A stretch of DNA of 64,000 nt from Tubulanus polymorphus. Lineage: Eukaryota; Animalia; Nemertea. Location: assembly GCF_964204645.1 (NCBI RefSeq), contig NC_134032.1:7242275-7306274 (forward strand). The letters are read 5' to 3'. Below, piece by piece: positions 38,903 to 51,757 of the stretch (the stretch's first letter is position 1; each line of letters starts with the position of its first letter). Both the position numbers and the translations under genes were made by a program. The notes under the pieces are model-generated. The model worked only from the letters and a program-made list of their open reading frames with translations, had not been told where the DNA came from and did no database searches.

Positions 38903-41900
38903 TTAACACGTTAGAATTCTTTTCATTATCTCGTTCTCTTTTGTTTCTTCTCTTTTAAATTTTAAGTATTCATCTAAATTGCAACCATAAGCAACTGTAT
39001 GAATTCCATCATCTAAAATATATCTTTTATCATCAAATGGGTTTAGACTTATCTTTTCAATTTCTTCAATAAACATTTCATGATCTTTAGATCTTAAACA
39101 TCTCACCTTATGTTTTCTAACTTCTTCATTGAATATAGAATTGATGTAATCTTTGTAATGAATATTCTTTTCTACTACATTTTTGGTTATTCCTTTTAAC
39201 TTTTTAGCTTCATGTTCTTTAGTTTTATATGAATACATTTTAGATCTAATACCTATGAACTCTATCATTTCTTCACCGCCTAATTCATCCTTAAACTTCC
39301 CTGGAACTTTTTTATTATCATTGCTTAACAATTCATGATCTTTAGGATAGTTACTAAAATCAAAATGATGTTTTAATGTTTTTAAATCATCTGTTATGTT
39401 ATCAGTTTTTATCTTTAATATGTAACTGTCGGTATCAAAATATAATATTTCTATATGTTTTTCTCCAAAAAGTGGTTGTAATACATTATAATAGAATTCA
39501 TACATTAGTAATTTTGATAATTCTAAAACTGAAGCGCCAACATAGATTGGTTTATTAAATTTCATTGATGTTCTTCTCATTTTAACTGCGGCTAAATTTT
39601 CATCAAATATTCTGTTACCAATGAACTTAGGGTATGATTGTAAATGTCTAATTCTTTTACCATTACTGACTAACTCAATATCATTTCTATTTCTAATATT
39701 TACACAAGTCTTACCATAGAATGCATTGTTCATTAACTTGAAGAAATCTTTCTCGAAATCAGTTTTAGCTTCAGTTCTCTGTTTGGTGTTATAATCTATA
39801 TATTTTTCTAACCACTTAGATTGACTAAATGAAATATATCTATGTACTTTTTTTAGAACCATTCCTTGATTCAAATAAAACTTTAACATTCTATAATGTA
39901 CTACATAATTATATTTATCTTCTTGAGTTACCATTAACTTTTCTATATGAATATGATTTTCGGGTTTAATTCTTTTTTGGTAATTTGGTAATTTGATAAT
40001 TCTTCATGAGTTACAGTTTTATGTTCGGGGCAGTAAGCTAGATTTCTAGATTTAAATTTTTTATCTTCAGGATATTCTAAGTCTACAACAAAAAACTAAC
40101 CAGTCTCTGAATCATCTGCAATATCTAGAATTCTTTTCTTCCAATCAAATTTATCATTACTTTTCATTCTGTAAAACTTATTTCAAATACTCCATAAGGT
40201 TGTGGTTCCATCATTGCCCAACCATACAAATTATTTGCATCTATATATAATAACTTATATCCAGGGTTATCATTTACATTGAAATATCTATCACCTAATA
40301 CACCTGAAACTCCTCTTATAGATTTTTCAAATAATAATAATTGATCTATATTTGTTAACAAATCCATTTTTATATCTGTAAATTTTAATCCACAATCCCA
40401 TGTTAAACCTGGACTTGAATAACAATGACAAGGATCAATATTGAAATATTTTAGGTTTACATCTCTAAACCTTTCTAATATATCCGATAATAATAATACA
40501 TCTGATTTTAAATATATATCTACTAATTGCCCGTGATTTTCTATTTTGAAATGATTCCAAATATTCAATGTTCTATTATATACTTCATCTTTAACATATT
40601 CATTTTTTAATTCATCATAGAATTGTTCTTTTAATAATTCAGTTATATTGAAATCATTATGATTTTTATAGAAAGAATATGGAATTGCTCCTTTATATCT
40701 CATTAATTTAAAATCATCAATATTTGGGTAATATTCTTTTAATATCTTTAATTCATCATCAACTAATGATTTTGATAAGTTATCTAATGAACTATTTAAA
40801 AATCTATATGAATCTATAAATCTTAGGCAACCAAATTGGAATGATATATAATTCTCAGATGTTTTAGCTAACATTTTAAATTTATAAGTTGGTATTTTAT
40901 CTTTTGATCTATTTGAATTTAATCTTTCTATTTCATTATTGATTTCTTCTATTTTATGGCATAACTGTTTGATGAAAAAATGTGCATCATATCCTGATAG
41001 ATTATGTAATATAACTGGTACAAAATTAATTTTCTTAGCTTGTAAGTTACAATTCTCTTGTGCAGCGCCTCTAAACTTTCCGTTCAAATGATCATGGTCT
41101 CTTACTTTTTTATCTTTATCTGCAAACTCAAATGCTTCTTTATCTTCTTCTGTCATTATAATTTCTATATTTTTATTTAACTTTTCATTAAATCTTATTT
41201 CATATTCAATTAATAAGTCACAAAAATGATTGATAACATTTTCATTTCTATAATGATAATATTCACTTTCAATTAGTTCTGGATAATCAGATTTTATATA
41301 TAACCCGAAAGCTGCAGCTGATTGATGAATCTTTTTAATTGTATTTGTTTTTGGCGGTTCATCTGAAAAATCATTTTCATTAGAATTTAATTTCTTTCTT
41401 TTATAATATATTTCTTTTCTATCTTGATCAGTTAATTCTTTATTTAATGATTCAAAATCTCCATATATTACAAATGGTACTTTATTTTTGTAATCATATT
41501 TTTTGAATTCTAATATTTTATCCTTTTCATTTGGTTAAACTAATTTACAATAATCATGACTTTCACATAATTGTTTATGATTTAATAATGTATTTGCATT
41601 ACTGAATCTATGTAAACATTTTCTACATAGATATATTTTATTATGGTGATCACTTTCTGATTTAAAAAATAAATCTATTTGTTTAATCCACATTCTCATT
41701 CTATAGTATTAATATAGATTCTCATAATATAGTATATCTATAACATCATTTGAATCATAATCTTTTGATAAATATAAAGGTTCTAATGTATAATGTTTTA
41801 TGTTGATACCTTTTGTATTTGGTAATTTGATTAAATCAAATACATTTATCTTTATATTATTATCTCTTTCTATTTTTGGGATGTTTTTAATTCTAACAGG

Positions 41901-44900
41901 ATACTTATCTATCTTATAATTATTTTCAAATTGTTTATAATGAGTTAATCTAAAACTATGTTGTTTATAATCTTCAACTGGGTGCAAACAACTTATTATA
42001 GCCCATAGAAAACATTTATCATCTTCATTTTGTACATTTATAACAGCATTAGTTTTAAATGGTAGTTTAATATAACTCGATGCTTCAATATCTGGTTCTT
42101 TATAATATGATACATTATTTTCATCAATTGGTTTTGATTTAGTTAACTTATTATATTTTGTGTTATAAACATGTAAAGTCATAAATATTATTTCATCAAA
42201 TATTAAACCAGATCCTTCAAAATATTTCTCTTCTATTTTAGTTTTTACTTCATTATAACATTTATCTAATTTATCATCTATATGTTGTTTATATATAATA
42301 TGTTGTGAATGAGAATTTATATTATATATTGGTAGCTTCAGATTTCATAAATTTAACTTTTGATGAAATACTTATTTTAGGATATTCAACATCAGTTATT
42401 ATTTTTATTATTTCTTTCATATTTTCTAAATGTTTTTTATTTTCTTCTAATGTTTTTCCTTAATGAAATTTATACTCAATAGCAGCTGGGCCAATATCAC
42501 TTTTAAATGCTTCTGTTATTTCTATATCTTTTTTATTATCTAATGAATTAATATAATTTCTTACATCTTCCATGTATGGTCTTTTATTGTTTAATTTACT
42601 TTTTATGCTTTTAATTGTCTTCTGTTTCTTATTTTAATGATTCGAAATCTCCATATATTACAAATGGTACTTTATTTTTGTAATCATATTTTTTGAATTC
42701 TAATATTTTATCCTTTTCATTTGGTTAAACTAATTTACAATAATCATGACTTTCACATAATTGTTTATGATTTAATAATGTATTTTCATTACTGAATCTA
42801 TGTAAACATTTTCTACATAGATATATTTTATTATGGTGATCACTTTCTGATTTAAAAAATAAATCTATTTGTTTAATCCACATTCTCATTCTATAGTATT
42901 AATATAGATTCTCATAATATAGTATATCTATAACATCATTTGAATCATAATCTTTTGATAAATATAAAGGTTCTAATGTATAATGTTTTATGTTGATACC
43001 TTTTGTATTTGGTAATTTGATTAAATCAAATACATTTATCTTTATATTATTATCTCTTTCTATTTTTGGGATGTTTTTAATTCTAACAGGATACTTATCT
43101 ATCTTATAATTATTTTCAAATTGTTTATAATGAGTTAATCTAAAACTATGTTGTTTATAATCTTCAACTGGGTGCAAACAACTTATTATAGCCCATAGAA
43201 AACATTTATCATCTTCATTTTGTACATTTATAACAGCATTAGTTTTAAATGGTAGTTTAATATAACTCGATGCTTCAATATCTGGTTCTTTATAATATGA
43301 TACATTATTTTCATCAATTGGTTTTGATTTAGTTAACTTATTATATTTTGTGTTATAAACATGTAAAGTCATAAATATTATTTCATCAAATATTAAACCA
43401 GATCCTTCAAAATATTTCTCTTCTATTTTAGTTTTTACTTCATTATAACATTTATCTAATTTATCATCTATATGTTGTTTATATATAATATGTTGTGAAT
43501 GAGAATTTATATTATATATTGGTAGCTTCAGATTTTATAAATTTAACTTTTGATGAAATACTTATTTTAGGATATTCAACATCAGTTATTATTTTTATTA
43601 TTTCTTTCATATTTTCTAAATGTTTTTTATTTTCTTCTAATGTTTTTCCTTAATGAAATTTATACTCAATAGCAGCTGGGCCAATATCACTTTTAAATGC
43701 TTCTGTTATTTCTATATCTTTTTTATTATCTAATGAATTAATATAATTTCTTACATCTTCCATGTATGGTCTTTTATTGTTTAATTTACTTTTTATGCTT
43801 TTAATTGTCTTCTGTTTCTTATTTTAATGATTCGAAATCTCCATATATTACAAATGGTACTTTATTTTTGTAATCATATTTTTTGAATTCTAATATTTTA
43901 TCCTTTTCATTTGGTTAAACTAATTTACAATAATCATGACTTTCACATAATTGTTTATGATTTAATAATGTATTTTCATTACTGAATCTATGTAAACATT
44001 TTCTACATAGATATATTTTATTATGGTGATCACTTTCTGATTTAAAAAATAAATCTATTTGTTTAATCCACATTCTCATTCTATAGTATTAATATAGATT
44101 CTCATAATATAGTATATCTATAACATCATTTGAATCATAATCTTTTGATAAATATAAAGGTTCTAATGTATAATGTTTTATGTTGATACCTTTTGTATTT
44201 GGTAATTTGATTAAATCAAATACATTTATCTTTATATTATTATCTCTTTCTATTTTTGGGATGTTTTTAATTCTAACAGGATACCTATCTATCTTATAAT
44301 TATTTTCAAATTGTTTATAATGAGTTAATCTAAAACTATGTTGTTTATAATCTTCAACTGGGTGCAAACAACTTATTATAGCCCATAGAAAACATTTATC
44401 ATCTTCATTTTGTACATTTATAACAGCATTAGTTTTAAATGGTAGTTTAATATAACTCGATGCTTCAATATCTGGTTCTTTATAATATGATACATTATTT
44501 TCATCAATTGGTTTTGATTTAGTTAACTTATTATATTTTGTGTTATAAACATGTAAAGTCATAAATATTATTTCATCAAATATTAAACCAGATCCTTCAA
44601 AATATTTCTCTTCTATTTTAGTTTTTACTTCATTATAACATTTATCTAATTTATCATCTATATGTTGTTTATATATAATATGTTGTGAATGAGAATTTAT
44701 ATTATATATTGGTAGCTTCAGATTTTATAAATTTAACTTTTGATGAAATACTTATTTTAGGATATTCAACATCAGTTATTATTTTTATTATTTCTTTCAT
44801 ATTTTCTAAATGTTTTTTATTTTCTTCTAATGTTTTTCCTTTATGAAATTTATACTCAATAGCAGCTGGGCCAATATCACTTTTAAATGCTTCTGTTATT

Positions 44901-45310
44901 TCTATATCTTTTTTATTATCTAATGAATTAATATAATTTCTTACATCTTCCATGTATGGTCTTTTATTGTTTAATTTACTTTTTATGCTTTTAATTGTCT
45001 TCTGTTTCTTATCATTATCTTTATCAAAATAATCTTCACCTAAAATATCGTTATTCATATTTCTAATATGACTTTTAGATTTTAAATGTTCATTATAATA
45101 TCTTTTATCACTGAATGATTGATTACATGTATCACATTTGTATGTTTCTTTTTCATTCTTTAATTCATCTAATTTAGTTTCTAATATATCATCTTCATAT
45201 TCTAATTTCAATTTATTCTCTAAATGTGTTTTAGTTTTATTGTGTCTTGCTTTTTGGGATTTATCTATATTGATATTACATGTTGGGCTGTAGTACTTAT
45301 TTGCTTCCAT
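38903..45310 (-). pseudogene. Protein-primed family B DNA polymerase with N-terminal C2H2 fingers and an endonuclease-VII-like insert; frameshifted, internally triplicated
   Basis: YKCDTCNQSF..HLKSKSH; NVQNEDDKCFLWAI; VIYGDFES (ExoI); VRDHDHLNGKFRGAA; HNLSGYDAHF; FIDSYRF; YLKSDVLLL; YIDANNLYGWAM; KLMNNAFYGKT; YFDTDS; KMYSY; KLKGI. Confidence 0.95.
41443..45012. repeat. Three tandem copies of a 1190-bp segment of the polB 5' region
   Basis: Near-identical 157-aa ORFs at 41709, 42899 and 44089 (period 1190); a few substitutions between copies. Confidence 0.95.
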
Positions 45311-45513
45311 TTTGATATCAAATTTTTTATTAAAATTGATTTTAGAAGTTCAGTGATTTAAATATGTATTATTTCAATCACACTTTACTAACACTTTTAA
45401 TGTTTAAAAATCTAACTCACACAAATATGAATATTGAAATAATGTTGTAAATATATACTTTTATATTGAATAATCTGTCAATTTAAATGTTATTCATTTA
45501 CATGAATATTTTA

Positions 45514-45921
45514 AGAGTAATAGGGATAATGGGCTTTCAGGTTAAAGGTTGAATGGTCGAGTTCATTAAAAACAAATATTAAAAGTAATTTAAAACTATA
45601 ATATATTTTCATAACCGTGTGTATTTCAGTTGAATAATAGAATAATAATTATTATTAAAATATATTTGATTATATGAATTTGTGTATTGTAAATAAATCA
45701 ATTGGTCGCGGAGCGGAGCGGTAGCGAAGCGGAGCGACCAATTGATTTAATACAATATGCTTTTTAAATTATTGATATCTTAGAATAAATATTTAGTTAT
45801 AATATAAAATACGCACGGTTATGAAAATATATTATAGTTTTAAATTACTTTTAATGTTTTGTTTTTTAATGAGCTCGACCGTTCGACCTTTGGCTTGAAA
45901 GCCTATTATCCCTATTACTTT
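45514..45921 (+). other. 408-nt terminal hairpin of the viral element
   Basis: Outer arms ~45514-45627 / ~45807-45921; inner stem 45682-45760 with a GCGGAGC/GCGAAGC-repeat loop. Confidence 0.9.
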
Positions 45922-47827
45922 GGTGGTTTAGACAGCTTGTTTGAAAAACTGTCAATTCCCTGGAGCAACCTTCTTGCAATTCTTATGGATTCGTGCTCTG
46001 TGATGAGAGGTTCGAAAAATGGTCTCGAGGTTAAAATACGTCAGGAAAAGAATCCGTTGCTTCTTGATGTAGATGGGGACATCTGCCACCATCTGCATAT
46101 TGCTGCGAAACAGTTTGCTAAACCATTTGGAGGAAATGTTGAGGGACTTTTCAGTGACGTCCATAACGATTTTAAATGGTCTGCAGACCTCAATGACTGG
46201 CTCAAAGAGATTTGTTTCTTATTAGATGTACCGTATACTGTTCCAGAAAGATTTGTCAGTCATAGATGGCTGTCGGCTTATGACTGCGCTATTTCTACGA
46301 TTAAAATGTGGGATGCCTTCGTAGTTTTCTACTACGCATTTTTAGCGTCTGAAACGGCCACATATACAGATATGATATTGAGTATGTTCCGTAAACGCGG
46401 CACTAGTGTAGAGGCAAGAGCTCGTATCAAATCCATTTGGGAAGAGTTGCGAATTAAAGCCAAAAAGCTGACCGACGATGGCAAACAGCGTAAGAAACGA
46501 ATCGTCGATAAATTATTGTTTAAGCCGAAGGAAACGAAGTTAATCATCAACTTGTATATATCGGTTTATCCGTTGTTATCCAAGTACGTAAAGTTGTTCC
46601 AGGGATCGGATCCTCTCATTCATGTACTTCATGATAAAATCGAAGAACTGTTTAGAGAACTTCTATCATGTTTTGTGAAACAAGAAGAAATCATTGATGC
46701 AGACGTCAATCAGCTGAAATCCATGGATTTGGATGAAAGTAGCTCACGCTTACCGAGGAAAGAGTTTTTCGTTGGTGAAAAAAACACTTATGTAGTAAAA
46801 GACCACGGTCGTGACTCCGTGGTCACGGAGTTTCTGGCCAACACTGAGACGGCATATGTAGAGTGTGGAAAAACACTACAGAGGAAGTGACCATTACAAA
46901 ATTAATTCCTAATGGCAGTTTCAGCCATAGACCCGGCATGCCCAAAGCACCACGCCACGATGAATTGCCTCTTACAGCTGAAGAATTTGGTTGGCATTCT
47001 GGAAGAGTCGGAACTTGAACAGTACGACCTTGAAGTGCGAAGGTAAATTAATTATACGTGTACATCTATAACTATTTTTACGTGAGCTTTGATGCCAATT
47101 TAAAAAGAAATAATTTGTATCCTTGTCCTGGGTCTATGTATTTTTAATAGATGAGTATTCCCGATGTTTTTATTTTGAAAGGTTTCTGGTTGACAAGTCT
47201 TTGCCGTTATATAAGATCGATGAAAAAACTGGAAAACCAACTATGAGAGCGGATGTATGGTGGGGAATGGTAGATCGGTCGAAGTATCCAACACTTTGCA
47301 AGATGGCAACTACTCTGTTGTCTATATTCCACGGACCACAGGTGAGTTTAACATTTAATTTCATTCCATGAATAACTGCTACTAACAAAGTCATTGTACG
47401 AAATCTAATTCAATTTTATTTCTACCGTAGGTCGAGTCCAGCTTTAATATTATTGGTGACATTTTACACAGCAAGGCCAGTAACACTTGTATACGCACGT
47501 ATGCTGCCTATCAAGCAATAAAATATCGCCTTCGTTCTCGTGAAAAAACGGCAATAGAATTCTTCAGAAATGCTCCTCAGCTAGTTGCAACAAACATACA
47601 GAATTCTTCGCGGATTTACAGAAATGAGCTGAAAGAGCTAAGAGGCAAAAGAAAACAGAGAAAAACTACCCACAATAAAGAAGAGAAATCTCGAAACAAA
47701 AAAGACACAAAAAGTTAAATGCCAGGAAGCCGCAAAAAGAGCACGTGAAATACACATCAAAGCCCAGAAAGGAAAAAGTAGGGCGAGAGTGTTGGAAGAA
47801 CTGGCGAAAAAGCTGAAAAAGAACTAG
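45922..47827 (+). pseudogene. hAT-like transposase, 5' part missing; two GT-AG introns (47043-47181, 47342-47430)
   Basis: MDSCSVMRG, DGDICHHLH, HRWLS, DVWWG..YPTLCKMA..LSIFHGPQ|VESSF; both intron junctions restore the frame; possible 3' TIR ending ...AATCCCTCCTA at 48545. Confidence 0.8.
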
Positions 47828-48576
47828 CCTAACTGTAGGCCTACTTCTCGGACTTTCCGTTCATTCGTATTGTGTATTATCTTTTAGTTCAATAAATGTT
47901 CAGCTGGAATTTTTATCAAAATCGCTGAGGAATGATGGTGGGATTAGAATCTGCTGTCTGTCGTTGTGATCCAACTCGCGCTGACCAATCGGCATCCTTC
48001 TTACAGATGAGTCTTACTGTCTGTCACACATGCTCTTCGTTAATAATCGGTTGATCTGTAAATATTATGCATCAATTTGTTCAGTAAGGAATTTGCATTC
48101 AGAAATAAATCATGAACTGGCATAGATTTGTTTGTGTTTTCTTCTATCAGCGATAGTTAACGCTCGCGTAATGCTGAAAAACCGCTTTTATGGCCCGTCA
48201 CGTGGCGCCACCTACTGTATTTTGTTATGCTAATGAGCGGGTGATGACGTCACTGTAATGTTTACGAACGTCCGCGGAGCGGATTTTTCAGCATTACGCG
48301 AGCGTATGCTGAGTAAACTATCGCTCATAAATGAAAACAAAAACAACTTTAGTGAAAATTGTTGTATATTTCTGAATGCGAATTCCTCACTGAACAAATT
48401 GATTGTCTATTTCCTGGTTAGAATCAGGAACATAGTTTTTATCCGAAATGCTCTAAAATCGCTCTTCGGGTCTTGTACCCGTTCGTCTCTGTTCCTTCCT
48501 TCCGAGAAAAAAATCAAGGGCCTTAAGCCCACAGAATCCCTCCTATTGTAAATACGTTATTAGCCTACGCGTTATT

Positions 48577-48908
48577 ATTCGCTAATACTTATGTATTACG
48601 GCGAATTCAATTACTGTTTATTGTGTATATATATATATATGGCCGTAAGCCTTAAGCTTTAAGCATTATAGCTCCCGTCCATACTTATGTATTACAGACG
48701 GGTTTTGGTTGTGTTTCTATTTCGGCTATAGGATCTTTGAACTATAGTCCGTCAATACTTATGTATTAGAGACGGATTGATTCGTATCGTTATGTATTAA
48801 GTCTTTTCTTCTATCCCCGTTCATACTTATAATAAGTATAAGATATAAGTATAAAATATATAAGTATTAAATGAGCATATATATGAGAATATAAGTATTA
48901 AACACGGG
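48577..48908 (+). repeat. Array of stem-loops sharing an ATACTTATGTATTA core
   Basis: attcgc..gcgaat, cccgtc..gacggg, tccgtc..gacgga and cccgt..acggg stems around the same core. Confidence 0.75.
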
Positions 48909-49659
48909 TCTAATAATCGTTTGCTCTTGATATCATTATAAGATATTGTCGTCTTCGTTGTCGTTTTTATCATAGGCCTCCAAGACCAGTTTCTATGTGT
49001 GCGTACTTAAGTTTAAATGAAATTCATATAGGTAACCCTTAAGGTTATGTAATGTCCGCGGTCTATATGTGTTCGTTGTGTGGGGTTAGCAAGTGTCAAT
49101 CGCATAGTCTTGTCCCTTTTGTAAGTATGTAAGCATTTGCGACGTATGTTGATTTCTTGTGGTTAAATAAAAGCTGCTGTCGCAGTACGTGAAATTATAT
49201 CAACGATTTCGTATGAGTATGTTGGGTATTAAAACCGTGGATTTGGTCCATGCGTCCATGGTCTGCGTAGAGGCTCGCTCTCGGAACGGAGTCCAGCGGA
49301 ACGTAGTGCAATCCCGTTCGGGTGACGGGCGGTGTCCGTTTATTCCGTTATCCAATTTAGGCTCAAGCGAGGAAATTCCACGTCGGGGGGTGGGTGACGT
49401 GGTGTGTTTTACGGGTCGACTCGGGTCCATGTATAACCACGAGATCGTGAGTTATTGGGTGGACAGAAGGGTGCGCATCGCTATCCGTAGGTTCTAATAT
49501 AGGGTTGGGCCCGATCCTTAGTTCCCGGAGGGTAGTTTCGAGTTGGCCCAGTCGTTACGTTCCTGGATCTATCAGCAATCTACACCCGGGATTGCGGGAA
49601 ATGCTTACTCGTGTGTTAGGTCGAGTTAAGCCCGAAAGCCATTTGTTATTCTACACACA

Positions 49660-49756
49660 AACATATCTTCCTGTGGTGGTCGTTTACCCCTTCATAAGCA
49701 TCCCTCCAACATATCTTCCTGTGGTGGTCGTTTACCCCTTCATAAGCATCCCTCCC
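49660..49756 (+). repeat. 49-bp tandem duplication
   Basis: aacatatcttcctgtggtggtcgtttaccccttcataagcatccctcc twice. Confidence 0.95.
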
Positions 49757-49828
49757 GTTGTTTACGCGACGCAGGCGAACCCTTAGTAGCGACGCCATTT
49801 TACATACATTATTACATACGTACACGTT

Positions 49829-49881
49829 TACGCACGCGCACGCGCACACACACGCACACGCACACACACACACATATATAT
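49829..49881. repeat. (CA/CG)n-(TA) microsatellite
   Basis: acgcacgcgcacgcgcacacacacgcacacgcacacacacacacatatata. Confidence 0.9.
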
Positions 49882-50514
49882 AATCTGAGGATACAAAAGA
49901 GGATCACGCTACCACGATGATTGAACCTGGTACGAGCGAGTGCACACGCTCGTCCGGTAAGTACCATGTAGATGCAGAGACATGCCAGAGTTTTAATGTA
50001 TACTAACTACGAAACGCTACAGAAGTATGTTGCCATCAAATTTTTGTATTGGTATTGTAGCGCCAGGTTCCTTTACGCATCTATGTTGAGGTTCTTTGAA
50101 CTTTGATATTGAGAAGCCTATCAAATTAATTCTTACAGTGAAATCAATGATAGCGCAGACGTTGATGCCGATGAAGCCGTTGTGTTCAGTGGTAATAAAG
50201 ATGAAGATGGTGATCAAGATGACCGTGATAACGATAGTAATGACATTGACAGTGAACAGTTGCAGGAACCAGTTGACCTGAAAAAGGGAGTGAAACGAAA
50301 AAGCACACGACACAAGTTGTCGTTGAAAAAACTCAATGAAAAAAAGAAATATTTTGTTAAATATCTCGAGAGTGTAATCGCTCCAGACACATTTGCATGT
50401 GAAAAAGCTAAAAAGCTTAGTAAAGCCAATGATGGTGAGTTGCATTTAAGGCAGTCACCTTATCATAAAGAAAATACGCAACATGGACGTAACAAAAAGG
50501 CAATCTTTCAAAAA

Positions 50515-51757
50515 TGTAGTTGGCTCCATTAATGTGAAGAAGACCTTTCTTTAGGATTTATATTGGATTTTAATATCGAGACATAACGAACATGAAATGA
50601 TGAAATGCTGATCTAAAATTAATAACATATAGAATTTAAACTCTGATCTAAAATAAATTTGAACACTGATCTTTGATTAATTTCCTATTTTAAGCATTCA
50701 TTATCAAATATAATAGAATACAAATTAACTGGTTAAACTTACATGTTTTTGACCAATATATTCTCCTAAATACTCGTTTAATTGCATGAAATCTGATCTC
50801 TAAAAAGAATCGACGTGTCGCTCGTTGTATCTACAAAAGTTCTCATCCTAGATTTCGTTGTTACACGTAACTCGTGATGAGGCTCTCGATGAGCTATGCG
50901 TACCTCTAACACCGGCCCCATAAATTTCCAATGCTTCGAAATTTAATTGATTCATACTACTTCTAGATTTAACAACTACTTAAACTAAACTTCTAATGAT
51001 ACCATTCAACTTATGCATAACATTCTTAATTTATCAATTCAAATATCGTTCTCCGACTCAATAAGCCTAGCTAATTTGGTGATGGGTCTCACGTGAGTTC
51101 CATTTTGTGTCTTTACGTGGCATGACCTGGTTCGACCATCGCGACTCGTTTCAACCTTCAAGATTCTCCCATACGGCCAGTAAGCTCGTCCAACGCTGGT
51201 ATCTTGAACAACGACGATATCTCCTACCTGTATGTCAGGATTCTGATGTTGCCACTTTGATCTTTCCTGTAAACGAGTAATATATAGCTTGTGGAAGTAC
51301 TTCCACACTTGTTCAGTGACGAAATTTACTCTTTTCCATCGACCTCTATAGATATCATTTTCGGTCGTTAAGCTTGTGTCGGTTTCAACCGTAGTTAAAC
51401 CCATTAAATGATTCGGGGTAATGGCAACTACTGTTGTGTCTTCACATGACGATGCGGTCAGTGGTCGGCTGTTCATTATCCATTCTACTTTGACAAGAAC
51501 GCTTCTCAGCTCTTCTTCAGATAGTGTCTGTCTATTTATCAGTCCGTACATAATCTTTCGTACAGACCTGATTTGTCTCTCGTAGTGACCTCCCATGTGA
51601 CTAGACAACGGTGGATTAAATTTCCATTCTATGTCATCTTTTGTCAATTTTTCTTCAATGAGTAACTGCTTGTTCATTTCAAGTAAGTCTTTTCGCATTT
51701 CTTTACACGCTCCGATCAAGTTTGTATCATTGTCGGACCGTAATATTTTCGGTCTGC
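50515..51757 (-). mobile_element. BEL/Pao LTR retrotransposon 3' remnant (integrase C-terminus, PPT, putative LTR 50515-50911), interrupted by the Gypsy element
   Basis: SDNDTNLIG, WKFNPPLSSHMGGHYERQIRSVRK, NSRPLT, ITPNHL, WPYGRI..DGRTR..RPITKL; minus strand GGGGCCGG|TGTTAG...CTACA; distal LTR boundary is a guess. Confidence 0.85.

Larger units (their letters stand above)
32742..45921 (-). mobile_element. Endogenous Polinton-like/adintovirus-like dsDNA virus, decayed and truncated on the capsid side
   Basis: Very AT-rich block of tightly packed same-strand genes: protein-primed PolB, SSB-like, minor and major capsid candidates, membrane proteins; terminal hairpin; no integrase or ATPase in the retained part. 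Confidence 0.85.

Noticed and set aside
45859-45921. N-terminus of the 343-aa ORF as part of the transposase
   Set aside because: The first ~21 codons come from the viral hairpin arm; the fusion is a junction artefact
32742-45921. Claim that the virus lacks an integrase, packaging ATPase or protease
   Set aside because: The element is truncated within the capsid gene, so absence cannot be inferred
49189-49873. Short ORFs and a possible PBS (TGGCGTCGC, minus strand) in the GC-richer segment
   Set aside because: No adjacent LTR end, no recognisable protein motif; some ORFs run through microsatellite
50182-50532. Acidic/basic 116-aa ORF, possibly a DNA-transposon fragment
   Set aside because: No diagnostic motif recognised; it appears cut off by the BEL LTR; cannot assign
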